Source: the human T2T-CHM13v2.0 reference genome, Homo sapiens. Taken from it: 64,000 nucleotides of DNA. Shown one piece after another: positions 12,583-27,265 of this stretch. Every line of letters begins with the position of its first letter. Position 1 is the first letter of the stretch. The stretch lies in the NCBI RefSeq assembly GCF_009914755.1, contig NC_060932.1, one strand, 5' to 3'. Made by a program: the position numbers and the translations under genes. Under the pieces are notes generated by a model. That model had not been told where the DNA came from, did no database searches, and saw only the letters and a program-made list of their open reading frames with translations.

Positions 12583-14724
12583 ACAACAAAAGAACAATGT
12601 TGTCTCTAATTACGTCAGACATCATATAGCATACCATATGATACCCTTCAGCTTCAGCAAGTAATGACGGGGTCCAAGATTCAGTAATTGTTAAATGTAC
12701 TACCCTGGTGATTTTGATGAAGAGAATAAATTAGGGGAAAATTGTGATAGTGGAAAATATCTTCAGTAGCATTTGTCCCAAGAGTCTAGTATAAATTAAT
12801 ATAGTTCTACTCTGTCACTACAAATTTAACATGTTTTAATTTACCCCAAAATGCTACAAGCTGCTTATTGAATCACTTCTCTGAGGCACTTATACCAAAA
12901 AGTGACATTCTATTTTTCATCGACCTTACCTCACCCATCCAACTTCACTTGGAATTGGGTAGCTGTAAGCTTTTCCTTGACTTTATAATACCAGGATTAT
13001 TTTTGCAATATTTTTCCCATTAGCAGGCATTCTTACCTAAAAAACAGGACTCACCAACAAAAGTGAACCTTATAGCCAAGTCTGTATACCACAGCCATGG
13101 ATGTTTAGATCACATGGGGAATGTAACCAGTGTGATCCAAACTGAGACAATCAGATGTTTTCTTTTTTGGAAGATAGTGGCTGAAATTTACAAATGTTAG
13201 AAAATCATAGTCTTTATACTGGAATCAGCATGATGCCCATAGGTTTATTCCTCATTGGCTTTCTAACAATGAGATCGCAAGCTTTTCCAGGTCATGTAGA
13301 ACTATGCCAAGTCTCTGACTTTTATACTTCACCCAAACTTTTAAATCTATTTTTTTTTCATTAAATTAAGCACTCTTCTGTGTTTTCCCATCCTACTCAA
13401 ATCAATATATAATCACCAGTTGATTTATAAAAGGACTGAAGAAAGTTTTTTTGGGAAACTTATGCCAGGGAGGTTGCTGTATTTCTTCGGAAAATATGGG
13501 AGTGCAGGCCTGAGAATAAGGAGAGGGAAAAAACATAAATCTGGCACAATGGTAAATGGTTGTCTCCTTATATAAAAAGCCTTATTCCAGGATCTCAACT
13601 CTGACATATTTTGAATAAATTTTATTAATATCACAGTAATTGATGTAAGGAAGGGCTTAGTTTCATGCAGTGGGTGATCATAACATATAGCACATTATGG
13701 CTAAGAACAAGAGAGCAAAGGATTTAAAATGTTTATGTTCCTTGGAAATTAAAGGAAATGGCTAAAGGCTTTGGATTGCACAGCTGATGGCACTGGCAAA
13801 AGGTACCGTGGCAGTGTCTAGCTATATCAAATTTGCAATTTGGTTCCTATTTAACGTCCTTTTTGGGAATATGTAAATTTGCAACACGCAACTGCATTTT
13901 CCTTTAATCAGGACTCTGAAACTCATCTAGTAGTACCGCTTCATGATGCCTAACTAACTGATGGATTCATATTACTTCAAAAAAGTGGATATTTACCTGA
14001 CATGGCTCCCATGTTAATATCAGAGCAAGTTGTGGAAACTAATCCGAGTTTAGTCTTGCAACATTGGTGCAATGTACCTTTCAAAACTGGATGTTTCCTT
14101 AGAAACGAAGTGTCTCCCATGCAATGCCAACTCCTTAAAGAGATTATAGCAAAGACTTTCTCTAGGAAATTGGAAAGTAAAGAAAACAATTAGAAGAGTT
14201 TATACTCAAACTAAATTAAAAGATATATTTGTTTTATATTCAGTATTTACAAAAATAAGGAAAAAGGAACCCATATATGTGTATTTCTTATGCCAAGATA
14301 GAATTTCCTGGAGATTGTACCTCTTTGAGGGCTAGCAATCAAGAAAGCATTGATAGCACTGAGGAGGGAGTGCCTGCATCTGGAAATTATAGCCATGTAG
14401 TGCCAGGGCCTTGAAAAAATGATAGTGATGTGAATATTCAATTGAGATTAGGGCATTTTATAGCAGTATTGCAAGAGGAGGCAAAAACTAAAGATAATTA
14501 CTAACAAAGGTCTTGAGTATGCAACAGGAGTCACACAGTCTCAAAACTGTCAATGTCTCAGGGTCTCAATGTCTCAGCAATTTTTGATTAAACAATTGCA
14601 TTGAGTAAAATGTTAGCACATTAAAAATATCCAGCATCCATGGGTCTTGTTCCATGCCCTACCCACATATGCACAATTCTACTAGTGACCTTCAGTTGCT
14701 TACATCAGGACTTGAATGTCATAT

Positions 14725-15237
14725 TGAGAATGGCAGGAGGCTGCCAAGTGCCTATGCAGATAGAGCCACGTCCCCAGTGAAACCCCACCTCCAAGCCAAA
14801 GACAGTTTAAAACCTGAAAGCCAAACTATAAGTGAAATCCTTGGACCAAAATAAGAACTTGTCTTCCTGTTGGTGCGTTTTCCTCTGATTGATCCCCACC
14901 CTTCACCTATTATACATATACCTGCCATTTCCTAATTATTTTTCTACCGTGTCATGCCCACCTTTGAGTGGTGATTTCAATTTAACCTTTTTTGCATACT
15001 CACAAACCAATCAGCATGCACTACCCATTCTGAGAAGGCCCTGGACCCAGCTAAACGAGGGACTTTCCCACTTTAGGGTAGGGAACTCACCACCCATGTC
15101 CCCTCTTTGCTAAGAGCTTTCCTTTTGCTTAATTAATTTTACTCCATTGACTCTCCGGTGTCCACATGCCTAATTCTTCCTGGTTGTGAGACAAGAACTT
15201 AGATCTAGCTGGGCTAAGGAGCAGAAAGACTGCAGCA
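14725..15237 (+). mobile_element. ERV1-class solo LTR (LTR9/MER61-group-like)
   Basis: TG...CA termini, 4-bp TSD atat (14721-14724 / 15238-15241); gtccccagtgaaaccccacctccaagcc and ctaattcttcctggttgtgagacaagaac motifs. Confidence 0.85.
15007..15068 (+). promoter_or_regulatory. CCAAT (NF-Y) box and canonical NF-kB site within the solo LTR
   Basis: aaCCAATcag at 15007-15011; GGGACTTTCC at 15059-15068. Motif matches only, function unknown. Confidence 0.35.
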
Positions 15238-16469
15238 ATATGATAGTCTAAGTCTTGTTTTCTATTAACTCTGTAACTTTTCCTTTACTTTCTAAATCTT
15301 ACCAGTTAAAAAGGATGCTATATTTCTTCAGTCTTTCCTCTTTACCTTTTGCTCTTTGCTCTGTAATCCCTCTCTTTCTCTTTACATTTCAATTCCCTTC
15401 AATCTTGTTCTATCCTTGTGCACATGTATAAGCCCTTAGCTAGCACACATATCGAAACCACATACTTATACCCACACACACATAGTCCTGCATTCTCACA
15501 ATTCACATGAAAAAGAAGTTAAAGAAAGCACAAGTTTCTTTAAAACTGACTGAAAACATGAATGGGAAATCATGACATTCAGTTTCTATTCCCAAGGGTT
15601 TATTTTTTGCTATGTAATCTCCTGAACTTATTCAAATACCCGATTTTCTTTCCTCATAGGAATTATAATATTACCTTCATAATGATACCAAGTCACAGAT
15701 GAATGAAAATAACTAAAAATTCTCCAAAAATATAAGGAATCATACAAGAATAAGGGTTAATAATGCCTATAGTTTAGCAGTTTGTCACAAGTCTTTGTGC
15801 ATTTGATTTCCTAACTCAACACTATTATGTGATTGATTTCTTGTGTCTGTTTTATTGGAGTCATCCTCACCAGCAGAATAACAAAGAGGAAATGAAAATT
15901 ATAATTATTTCTCACTGCATTTCTCTTCCAGTATGCTTAACATAGTATTGAAATATGCAACAAAACTAGGATCTGTTTGCTATTTCCAAGTTCAATTCCT
16001 TTGCTGAATCAAATGCTTTCTTTTAGACTCTCAACTTCTTTTCTCCCCCTCAGTAACAATCTCTGTTCCACTGAGATCATGATCTGTTATTTACATGCCA
16101 GGATTTTAAGCCACTGATTTATAGCTAGATGCTGCAGGAAATTCCAACTTATAACCTCTTGATCAGTAATGGAGGTATGCTGCTTCAATTGTGCTTTGCT
16201 CCTTTACTTGGTAACAGGCCAAATTAAAAAGCAAAATGGACTGGGAAAATACAAATGATTGCCTAAGATAGGTTACATAGTACTTTGGAATACAGAAACT
16301 CCAGCAGTGTGCAATCTGAAATTTACAGTAATGGATACCTCACTTTGTGAGACTTTGCTATTGTGGTTAGAATATGCTGTAACAGAGAATAGAGAAGGAG
16401 AGCTAAAAATAATCCATTTAATTGTGCTGTTATCTATGTGGCAGTTCTACTGTTTAACACTTCTGCCAC

Positions 16470-16520
16470 TTAGATGTAGGAACCTTTTAGATATAGGGAC
16501 CAATTAGATATAGGAAGCTT
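16470..16520. repeat. Degenerate 17-bp tandem repeat, 3 copies
   Basis: ttagatgtaggaacctt / ttagatatagggaccaa / ttagatataggaagctt. Confidence 0.7.
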
Positions 16521-17601
16521 TTTGGATGGTACATAAATAATTCAGTTAGCCCCATTTCTTTTTAAAAGGCGTGATAAGAAATGAGTGAAGAGATATATGG
16601 AATTTTTGTGTGTGGGTGACAGGTAGATAGGAAGAGATCCAGCTCCTAAGAATTATCCTTGTTGAAGTGTAATGGACATAAGTATGCTGTTAACACATTT
16701 ATTTTAATAGTTTTTCTATCGAATAACATGTTTTAAAGAAAATGAGCCAAAGCTACTATATTATATGAAAACAATCACTAAAGTTTCTTACTCTCAAAAA
16801 CCCCACAAGAATAATTTATGGAAATATATTTTTTCTTTATTATTCAGACACCTGATATATTTTTAAAAAATTAAATAATTGTGACAATTTTAAACGCAAA
16901 CTGTTTTCATTATGTTAAAAACTTGGTTTTGAAAATCAGTACCAAGCTAGAATTTCGCATTGTGAGCACTTAGCCGAGGGCAGTGACATTTCAAGTGCAT
17001 TTTATTTATTATATCATGGACTCAATTTCAAAGAGATTGGCTAATTTAATACTGGAATAATACCAGAACTTCAGTACCCCTCCACCCCTTGCCCAAGACA
17101 TCCATCCATAGTGCTCTGCATAAGCATGCTCTGGTCTGTAGAGACTCTTCCTATACACAGATTTGAGAGACTCTGAGAAATCTCAGCAGAGCCTAGAGAA
17201 CAGATGAATAACTTATTCTGAAAAGTTGTTGGTTCAGCGATCTAAATTATTATCTTACATTGGGTAGTGTAGGGTTTTGAGAAAGATCTTTGGAAAGATT
17301 TAGCAAAAACATTTTGTCAGCGTGGACAAAGTACTACAGTTCATAATGTTCAAGTGAGCTTATTTCAGATACACCAATGCAAAATGAACAGGGAAAAACA
17401 GTGGTCAATGTATAATGGTCAATGGTCTGGGCTCCAGTTGAAGGAGAGACAATTAAAAGCAAAAATAAAAAGAAGATGGCTGAAGACAGTTTAAAAAGTA
17501 CCACAATATGATGGCAACAAGGATACTATATTAAGAATCAAGAGATGGGGATTTGAATAATTAAACCATAATTTATTTTCTGTGACAAAAAAAAAAAAAT
17601 T

Positions 17602-17909
17602 GGCTGGGCGCGTTGGCTTATGCCTGTAATCCCAGCACTTTGGGAGGCCGAAGCAGACGGTTCACTTGAGGTCAGGAGCTCAAGACCAGACTGGCCAACA
17701 TGGTGAAACCCTGTCTCTACTAAAAATACAAAAAATAGCCAGGCATGATGGCAGGCACCTGTAATCCCAGCTACTTGGGAAGCTGAGATGGGAGAATCGC
17801 TTCAACCTGAGAGACGGAGGTTGCAGTGAGCCGAGATCGCGCCCCTACACTCCATCCTGGGCAACAGAGCCAGACTCCATCTCAAAAAGAAAGAAAGAAA
17901 GAAAGAAAA
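17602..17909 (+). mobile_element. AluS (Sx/Sz-like) with (GAAA)n tail
   Basis: ggctgggcgcgttggcttatgcctgtaatcccagc...gactccatctcaaaaagaaagaaag. Confidence 0.95.
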
Positions 17910-18449
17910 TGAATTATTCCCTTCTTTAGTTCTTGTTGTCTTCAACTATGGCCTAAGCAATTTGGAACAAGTTCACTATGAAAATCCACCCAGAAGTTTA
18001 ATTATTTATTTCTCTGTAATATCCGTTTTTATTTTTTCTTTATGAATGCTAAATTTTAAATCCCTTAACTTTATAGCCCATTAATAATTTTATATTTATA
18101 AAATAAACTATTAAAAAGTTTTAAGAAGCTTGACTTTATCAATTATCATCTAATTTCTATTTTTAAATCTTATGAATTTTATTTTATGAACTGAGATGAA
18201 TTCCATAACATTGAAGGGTAATAAGAAACATAAAAGTCAACACTATACTATTTTTTAATGAAATCAAAAGTATATAATTAAAATAAGTTTTTCTTCTGCC
18301 CTTCTGAAAGATATAAAATGTTCAGGAGAACAAAATGTCCTGCAGTCATAGGACACTTGAGACTTTTAACACCCAGCAGCTGGGCCTTTCAAGCCTACAG
18401 TCATTTTTGGCTGTACTTTTGGGCATCATCCATAATCTTTTCCAGTTTC

Positions 18450-19567
<1,118 letters not shown>

Positions 19568-22500
19568 TTACATAAAGTTTGATGGAAAACAATCCTCCTA
19601 AAAGTCAAAAAGTGATCTATAAACATAATATCCCAAGGTATATTTTTATCTTCCATGTACACTGACTGGTTACTTAGTAGCAAGTCTGTCAATCTGCTGT
19701 TCCAAATGGTTTCTGTCTTTGCCAAAGTGGATTAAAGTACCAGACCAAAGATTGCGTTCTCTTCTTGCTGTGTTGGAAGTGGGCCCACAAGTCTAAATGT
19801 AATAAAATGAGAATATATACCTCATCATCCAAAACCAGGGAAAGTATTACATTGCAGATGGCAGAGGTTTAAGGACTTATTAAATTGATGTACAAATTAA
19901 TTTAAAAAGAAATAGATGAATAGCTTTGGTAGACACCCCCTGCCAATTTGGCACTCTCTATGAAGAGTTATATTAATTTTGTGGCGAGTGGTGAATATGA
20001 TAATGAAAGGAAGTCACAGGCAAGGGAATAGTACATAGTTACTGAAGGGAAAAGACGTGGCAAATATGGATTTGTTGCTGAATTTAAAAGCCTGGATATT
20101 TTCATAACTACATTATTTAATAAAAAGTAAAAGAACATAAGCTAATATTTATCAAATAGTTTATATGAAGTGATATTGATTATAGTGTTTTGCTTTCATA
20201 TAAAATATGTATAATATATAGAATCAATAATTTCATGGTATCTTCTATGCGTTTTGCTACCTCATTAATTAAATATTGATAGGTCAGATTTCAGTTCCAT
20301 CAGGTAAAGAGCTTGGAAGTTTGCACATCTGTTCTTATAATAAGAAAAAGCTCAAGAAACTGAAACGCCATGACTTTTCTTCAACCTATTAGATAAATAA
20401 GATTACAGAGCAAACTGCCAACCCAAAATGTTGAAAGGTAAATCCAGAGAGTTACATCTGAGACAAACTAACTACCTGGAGTAATGTATGCGTGCTCATA
20501 TACTATAGCCATACTGAAATGGTCATTTTAATGGACCAACTGCTGGAGGCTGAGTGTGAATTAGAATGAGATTGAGAAACACTTGGAGGTCATAGCTGTA
20601 GGAGAGCTTCCACACCTTCCCAGGCCTACCTCCAGGAGGTCCACTGCAGTCTCATGGTGAAGGACTGAGAAAGGTGCCCTTATGGTTCTGGCAGTAGAAA
20701 GGGGAGATTAATCCTTGCAAAATAAGTCCAGAATCATGTTTATAAAAAGAATTACTCTGTAAGAGAAAAGACTTTGCCAAAGCCTTAGTTAGGGGACAGG
20801 CATTTTTATCCAATCTAACCTCTTCTAGCCTTCCTGTTGCAACCTAAAATTGGGGAAACAAGATAACCAACAAGAGTTAGAGTTCAAGAAAAGAGATTCA
20901 GAATACTGTAGTCATGGAAGCAAGTAGGGGACAGAGACAGTGGGGGTGAGGGAGAAACACTGTACAACTGGAGAAACACTTTTGAGGGCCACAGCCCAAA
21001 GAGACAAGCTCACTAAAAACTAAAATTCAGGTGTACAATTATTGAATACTCTCTCTTTCCCCTGTACCTTACTACTACACCAATGAGGCTCTAGTATAAG
21101 AACAGTGGCTTACAGCTAAACAGTCTGAAAAAGGCAGACTCTCTCTATGAGAAATACTTAGAGAAGCCCAAAGTCAAGAGTTGTGACAAGAACAATGACA
21201 CTGGAGGAATTTGATGCATCTGGCACCTATAGCTACAGCAAACATTAAACAGAACCCAAATTCTACTCAAATTAACATAAATCAACACTAAAAGCACATT
21301 TACCTCAGTTTCTATTATCAATACAACATGTCTTGCTTTCAAAAAAAAATTAACATACATGCCATAAGGCAAGAAAAAACAGTCTGAAAAGTCAAAATAA
21401 ACACCAGCACCAGACTCTAAAATAGGAGATGTTGAATTATGGAGCAGAAACTAAAATAATTATTATTATTAATACATTAAGAATTCTAGTGGAAAAAAAC
21501 ATACAACATTCAAGGACAAATCTGTAATATAAAAACAGACGAAATCTCTAAGAAAGAATAAAAAGGAAATGATAGAAATCAAAATATTTCTAACAGAAAT
21601 GAGGATTATCTTTGATGGGCTTATGAGTAGATTGAAAATGGCTAAGAAAAGAATCAGCGAGCTTGAAGATAAGTTAATAGAAACTTTCAACACTGAAAAG
21701 CAGAGAGAGAGAGAAACAGAAAAGGCATTATATCTGTAAAGCAACAATAAAGATTATAGCAGGTTCTTATTAGAAACCATTCAAGCAATAAGAGAAAAGA
21801 GAAATATTTAAAATGTTGAATGAAAATAATCATCAATCTAGAATTCTGTATTCAGTGAAATAATTCTTCTAAAGTGAAGGAAGAACAAAGTTTTTTTCGG
21901 ATAAACAGAAACCTGAGGAAATTTACTAACAGCAAAATGTAGCTGTATGAAATATATGAAGAAGTATGTCAGGCAGGAGAAAAATGTTATAGGTTAGATA
22001 CTTGGATCTGTGTAAAAAATCAGAGTCAGTGAAGGAATAAATCAAGGTAAAGAAAGATACTTTATTGTTTGTAATTGATCTAAAAGATAGCTATTTAAAG
22101 TCATAATTATAAATATGTGTTGAATGATTACAGTGTATATCCATGAGAAATGTATAACAGCATTGTCAGAATACATGGGCAGGAGAAATGGGGATATCTT
22201 ATTATTAGGTACCCACACCATCTATAAAGTGATATAGTGTTATCTGAAGATGGACTTAGAGTGCTTAAAATGTATATTGTGAATTTTAGGTCATTCAATA
22301 AAAAATATTTTTAAAAGTATACTTGACATGCAAATAAAGGACATAAAATGGAATCATTTAAGATACTCATTTTGCAACAAAATAGGCAGAAACAATTACA
22401 AACAAAGTAGATATAATATATTAATGATTACTATATATGTGAATAGTATAAACATTCAAATTAAAAGATATATTGTCAGATTAAATATAAAAGAAGAACC

Positions 22501-23811
22501 AAATATACGTGGTATATGAAGGAATCATTTTAAATGAAAAGACTTATATGGGTTAAAAATTAAGAAATAGTAAAATATATGCCATGCTAACATTAATCAA
22601 AAGAAAACTGTAGAAGAAATATTAATTTTAGACAAAGCATTTTTCTGAACATGTAATATTTGGGATAAAGATGAATATTACATGGTGAAAAACAGATAAT
22701 TTCTCCAAGGAGACATAACAATCTTAAACATGTATGCACTTAATACCAGGGCTTCAAAGAAAAAAAAAAGGAAAGAGACAGAAGCAAAAATAGAAAGAAG
22801 CAGAAACATTCACTATTATAATTAGAGACTTCAACACAGCTCTCAGTAGTTGATAAATCTAGCAGGCAAAAAATGAGAAAAGATATATTTGATCTGAATA
22901 TCACTGTCAATCCATGTGGTCTTATTGACATTCATAGAATTTCCAACCAAAAACCACACAACACACATTGTTCTCAAGTTCACATGGAACAGTCCCCAAC
23001 ACAGACCATGTTTGAGTTGTAAAACGTAGCTCAACTAACATAAAACAATTAAAAACATACAAAGTATATATTTCCATCAGAAAGAAGACTAGAAAGCAAT
23101 TAGGTGAAGATAGCTAAAAAATTATTATTAAATATTTATAAATTAATATTTATATTAATATTAAATATTAAATATTTATAAATTAAAACAATTCTGAATA
23201 ATTCATGGTACAAATAATCAAGAGAATTAAAAATGCTTTGGACAAAATGGAGATATAATGTATCAAAGTTTGTGCGACACAGTGAAAACATTGCTTAGGA
23301 AGAAACTTAAAGAATTAAGTTTACATATTAGAATAGAATAAAAATCCAAAGTCAGTAATCCAAACTCTCACTTCAAAAACCAGAGAAAGGAGAGCAATTC
23401 AAGCTTAAAGCAAGCAGAAGAAAATAATAAAAATTATGATAGAGCAAAATTCACTGAAGTTGAAAAGAAGAAAATGATAGAGAATATCAATAGAACAAAA
23501 AGCCTGACCTTTGAAAAACCAATAAAATTGATGTCTCTGCTGAGAATATTCAAGAAAAAAGGCAATCGACACAAGATACCATATTAAAAATGAAAATAGG
23601 TCATTACCACTTACCCCATGGATATTAAAAGGATAATAAAGGAGTATTATGACACAATTTATGCATCCCCCCCACCCCAAATTGCTAAATTAGAGGATAT
23701 GGAAAAATTTCTTAAAAGATACTATCAAAGCTCACAGAAGAATGAATAGCTAAACCAAAAGATTTAAAACAACACAATTTACAATCGCAACAAAAGGGCA
23801 AAAGCCTGACA

Positions 23812-24182
23812 AGCTGATCTCAAGGAAGTAGAGAGTAGAATGATAGTTATTAATACTAGAAGCTGGGAAAGGTATGTGTGTATATGTGGGGATTGGGGAT
23901 GACAACAGGTAGATTAATGGGTGGAAATATACAGTTAGATAGAAGAAATAAGGTCTAGTGTTTTATAGCATAGAAAAGTGACTAGAGTTAACAACAATAT
24001 ATCGTATATTTCAAAATGGCTAGAAGAGAAGCTTTGAATGTTTCCAACACAAAGAAATGCTTAATGTTTGAGGTGAGGAATATCCTAAATATCATGACTT
24101 GATCGTTACATATTCTAAGCATGTATCAAAATATCACATGCACTTCATAAATATGTACAAATGTTATTTATCAATAAAAATA
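23812..24182 (+). mobile_element. L1MA8/9-type 3' end nested in the L1M
   Basis: gaagtagagagtagaatgatagtt...acagttagatagaagaaataag...tatcaataaaaa. Confidence 0.8.
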
Positions 24183-24237
24183 ATTTGAGACAGCCTGACT
24201 GAAGGATAAATGATCTATTAAAGAAATTGAATCAATC

Positions 24238-24724
24238 TGTTAAATTTCTATTGCTGCTTTAACAAATTACCTTACACTTAGTCTCTTGAAGCAACAATTA
24301 TCTTATGGTTCTATATGTTGGAAGTCCAAATTGGTCTTATTTGGCAAAATCAAAGTGTCATCAGTGCTGTATTTCTTTCTGGAGGGTATAAATAATTATT
24401 TGAATTTTTTTTGTCTTGTTCAGTTTCTAGGCCGCTCACATTCCTCATCTCATAGCCCCTTTACTTAGAGTTCAAAGGCAGAACTTACGGATTGACTTAT
24501 TTTCACAACATATCGCCCTGATTTCTAATTCTACTTTTTTCTTCTATTTTCATAAATAAATAAATATATAATTCAAGACACTCTCCCCAGTATAACTCTG
24601 CTAATTTGCAATTTGAATTTCATCTGAAAGTTAATTACCCTTTGTGATATAATATTAACATATTCACAGGTTCTCAGGATTAGAGTGTGGCCATTTTTGG
24701 GGAAGCCAATGTTCCGCCTACACA
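24238..24724 (-). mobile_element. MLT1 (MLT1C/D-like) LTR nested in L1M ORF2
   Basis: tttctattgctgctttaacaaattacc...atattcacaggttctcaggattagagtgtggccatttttgggg...cctacaca. Confidence 0.85.
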
Positions 24725-26329
24725 GTAAAAAATGACTTTCAAAATAAGGAACTAGGGCATGATTTACCTGGTGAACTTTACTGAACATTTAAGGAGACAA
24801 TGACCCCAACTCTCCACATGCCCTTCCAGAAAATAGAATCAGTGACAACATTTCCTAAATGTTTGTCCCTTTTATGAAGAGACATTTTTGTTCACTTATA
24901 TCTGTATTGCATTACCAATCAAAACAGGAAATTCTATTTATCATCATATTTTGACAAAGTATTCATTTTGAAAGGTTTCAAATTTTTGTCTTTCCAGGGC
25001 TTAATAAAGAAACTGACATGTTTTGGTTAAACCTGAGAACACAATGTATGGTGCCGTATTTAGTGCTTCAGTACATTTCTTTTAGAGCTATCAAGAAGAA
25101 ATATGAGAACACAAAAATTTTAAGCCTGCATATGTTCTGAATAACCTGATTATATTTTGAGGAATTGGTCAAACTCAGTGTAATAGAAGTATCTAATTCA
25201 AAATCAAATGGATAACTTTGAGTTTAAAAAATTTTCATCAATGAGATTTTGGTAGTTATTTGATGTTGGTTGATTTAGTAGGGGATTTAAGCGTTTGGTA
25301 GGACAATATTTGTTAAATATTTGAGAGTGATACAGTTTTCTGTTTTAAAATGTTGTGAACTTTTGTTTTACTCTGCTTTATTTTGGCCAACAGAAAGTGA
25401 GTGCTTGCATTAAAATTGCATTTAAAAATGCATTTGTAGCAATTGTACTATTCTGAATTCTCATTCTCCTTTGTATTGTTTTTTGATAACCTGAAATTTT
25501 ATTATTTCAGAATACTTAGAAAGGGTTTTTGTGCCTCAGCTTCCCACATTTTGTGTAGTTGGAACCAAAAAGCCACTGGTCATGTGTTCACACATGACAG
25601 ATACCCATACCAACTGTCCCTAATGAACAAATAATTTACTACCAAAAGAAAAATCTATATTTTAAAAATTAAAAAAAAAAAGAATTGAATTTTCATAGAC
25701 ATTTAAAATGCCAGTAGAACACAAGAGATATTTCTCTCTACTGTTGTGGGACATCAAAAGCAGGCATATAGTTAAAAACAGAGCAACCACAAAGGTTATT
25801 AAGAAATGGAAGAGCAACTCTTGTGCTTACATAGACTGAGTGGCAATCCTACTTCTTAAAGTTACCCATTCTCAACACAAAAAATATTGAGTTTATGGCT
25901 ACCCTCAATTAATACCTTCAAAGAAACTGCTTGCATTTTCCCTGGCATGGTGGATTTTCTACCCAAGAATTGTTCTCAGCTCTAGAGCATCCGTAAATTA
26001 GGAAGCTTTCTGGGAATGGATTTCTATGACCTCTGTCTTCACGGCTTTCATGCTCTTTTGTCGTTGTTATTTCTCCTTAAATTCCACATACCCCTGCCAT
26101 ATTTGCACCTGTTTTACTCTGGTTTCATGTTTTACCAAGCATTTTAACTGCATTTCTTCATTTCCAAGAACCCCTAAAGCAAATTGTAAGTCAAGGGATA
26201 AAATTAGCCTACCATGAGTGCCTTTTTATTAATTGTTTACATAAAACAGACAAAAACAATTTGTTATGGGAGTTGATCTAAACATAGATTTTGATATAAC
26301 ACATGCTAATATTTTAAAGACAATTTTAA

Positions 26330-27265
26330 GGTAAGTTATGAAGGAGATTTTAAGGTGAACTCCTTTGTGTAATAATTCTGGATTCTCACGAATGGGTATT
26401 CACTTTATATCCCAGACTTCTTCTTTCAGACTTACATGACTGTGGCCAACTTCTTACTTAATATGTAGACCTGGATGCCACTCAGGCATTTTAAACATAA
26501 TAGTTCCATGCCAGAGACAATGCTATGTATCACTTTATTGTTTTTTTTTTTTCTTTCTTGGCAGATATAAATACTACATTTTCTATTTTTTCATGCAGTT
26601 AGGTTTAGGGCTATGAAACTAAGTTCTGACCAATGGAATATGGATGAAAACAAGTGTTTTCTAGGCCAGATTCTTGAAACATCCCATCAGATCCACTGGC
26701 CCTTGAACAGAAAACTTGAAAGCTCTGTGTACCCAAAGGCATAGATACAAAATGGTCAATAAGCCAGTGTTAGGAAGACAGCTATCCAATCAGCATTGGT
26801 CTGTGAAATGAGTAAGAAATAAACTTTTCTTGTATTAAACCAATGAGATTATGGTGTTAATTTATTACGGCATCAGAGTCTTCCTTTAACTTGTGGAATG
26901 ATTCCACCTTCCACCCAATTAACCCTGTTTCTACTTCTTAAACTTGTCAAGCTCTTCTCATGCATTGGGAAATTTTAATATTTAAGTTTTTTCCCCCATA
27001 ATGCCAATGTATATGCCATTTTCATTGGCCAGGTCCTTTTTACTCTGTTATTTCCTCTACACTATTCAGTACATATTTATAATTTTATTTTGTGTATTAA
27101 AATGGTTTATCTTATCTCTTTTATTAGACATAGCTCAATAAAAGAAAAAAAAAAAAACAAGTTTGTCTTTCCGATTGCAATAACTCCAGAAATTAAAGTA
27201 AGTGCCTGTTATTATAGGTTTAATATATATATGAGTTCAATGAATGAGTTATTAAGTGAATAAAA
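26330..27265 (+). mobile_element. L2 3' end fragments flanking an MLT1 LTR
   Basis: cccagacttcttctttcagac...ggcattttaaacataa; ends with the L2-like terminus aatgaatgagttattaagtgaataaa. Confidence 0.5.
26550..26880 (+). mobile_element. Old MLT1 (I/J/K-like) LTR
   Basis: gcagttagg...aactaagttctgaccaatggaatatgg...gagtaagaaataaacttttcttgtattaaacca. Confidence 0.7.

Larger units (their letters stand above)
20285..24860 (+). mobile_element. Old L1M (L1MC/MD/M4-type) 5'UTR, ORF1 and ORF2 N-terminal half, interrupted by an L1MA 3' end and an MLT1 LTR
   Basis: ORF1-like tttgatgggcttatgagtagattg and ctagaattctgtattcagtgaaa; ORF2 EN-like gagacttcaacacagctctcagtagttgata; ORF2 resumes at 24190-24236 and 24726-24860. 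Confidence 0.8.

Noticed and set aside
23121-23187. AT-rich repeated and palindromic stretch
   Set aside because: Slippage-derived low complexity inside an L1.
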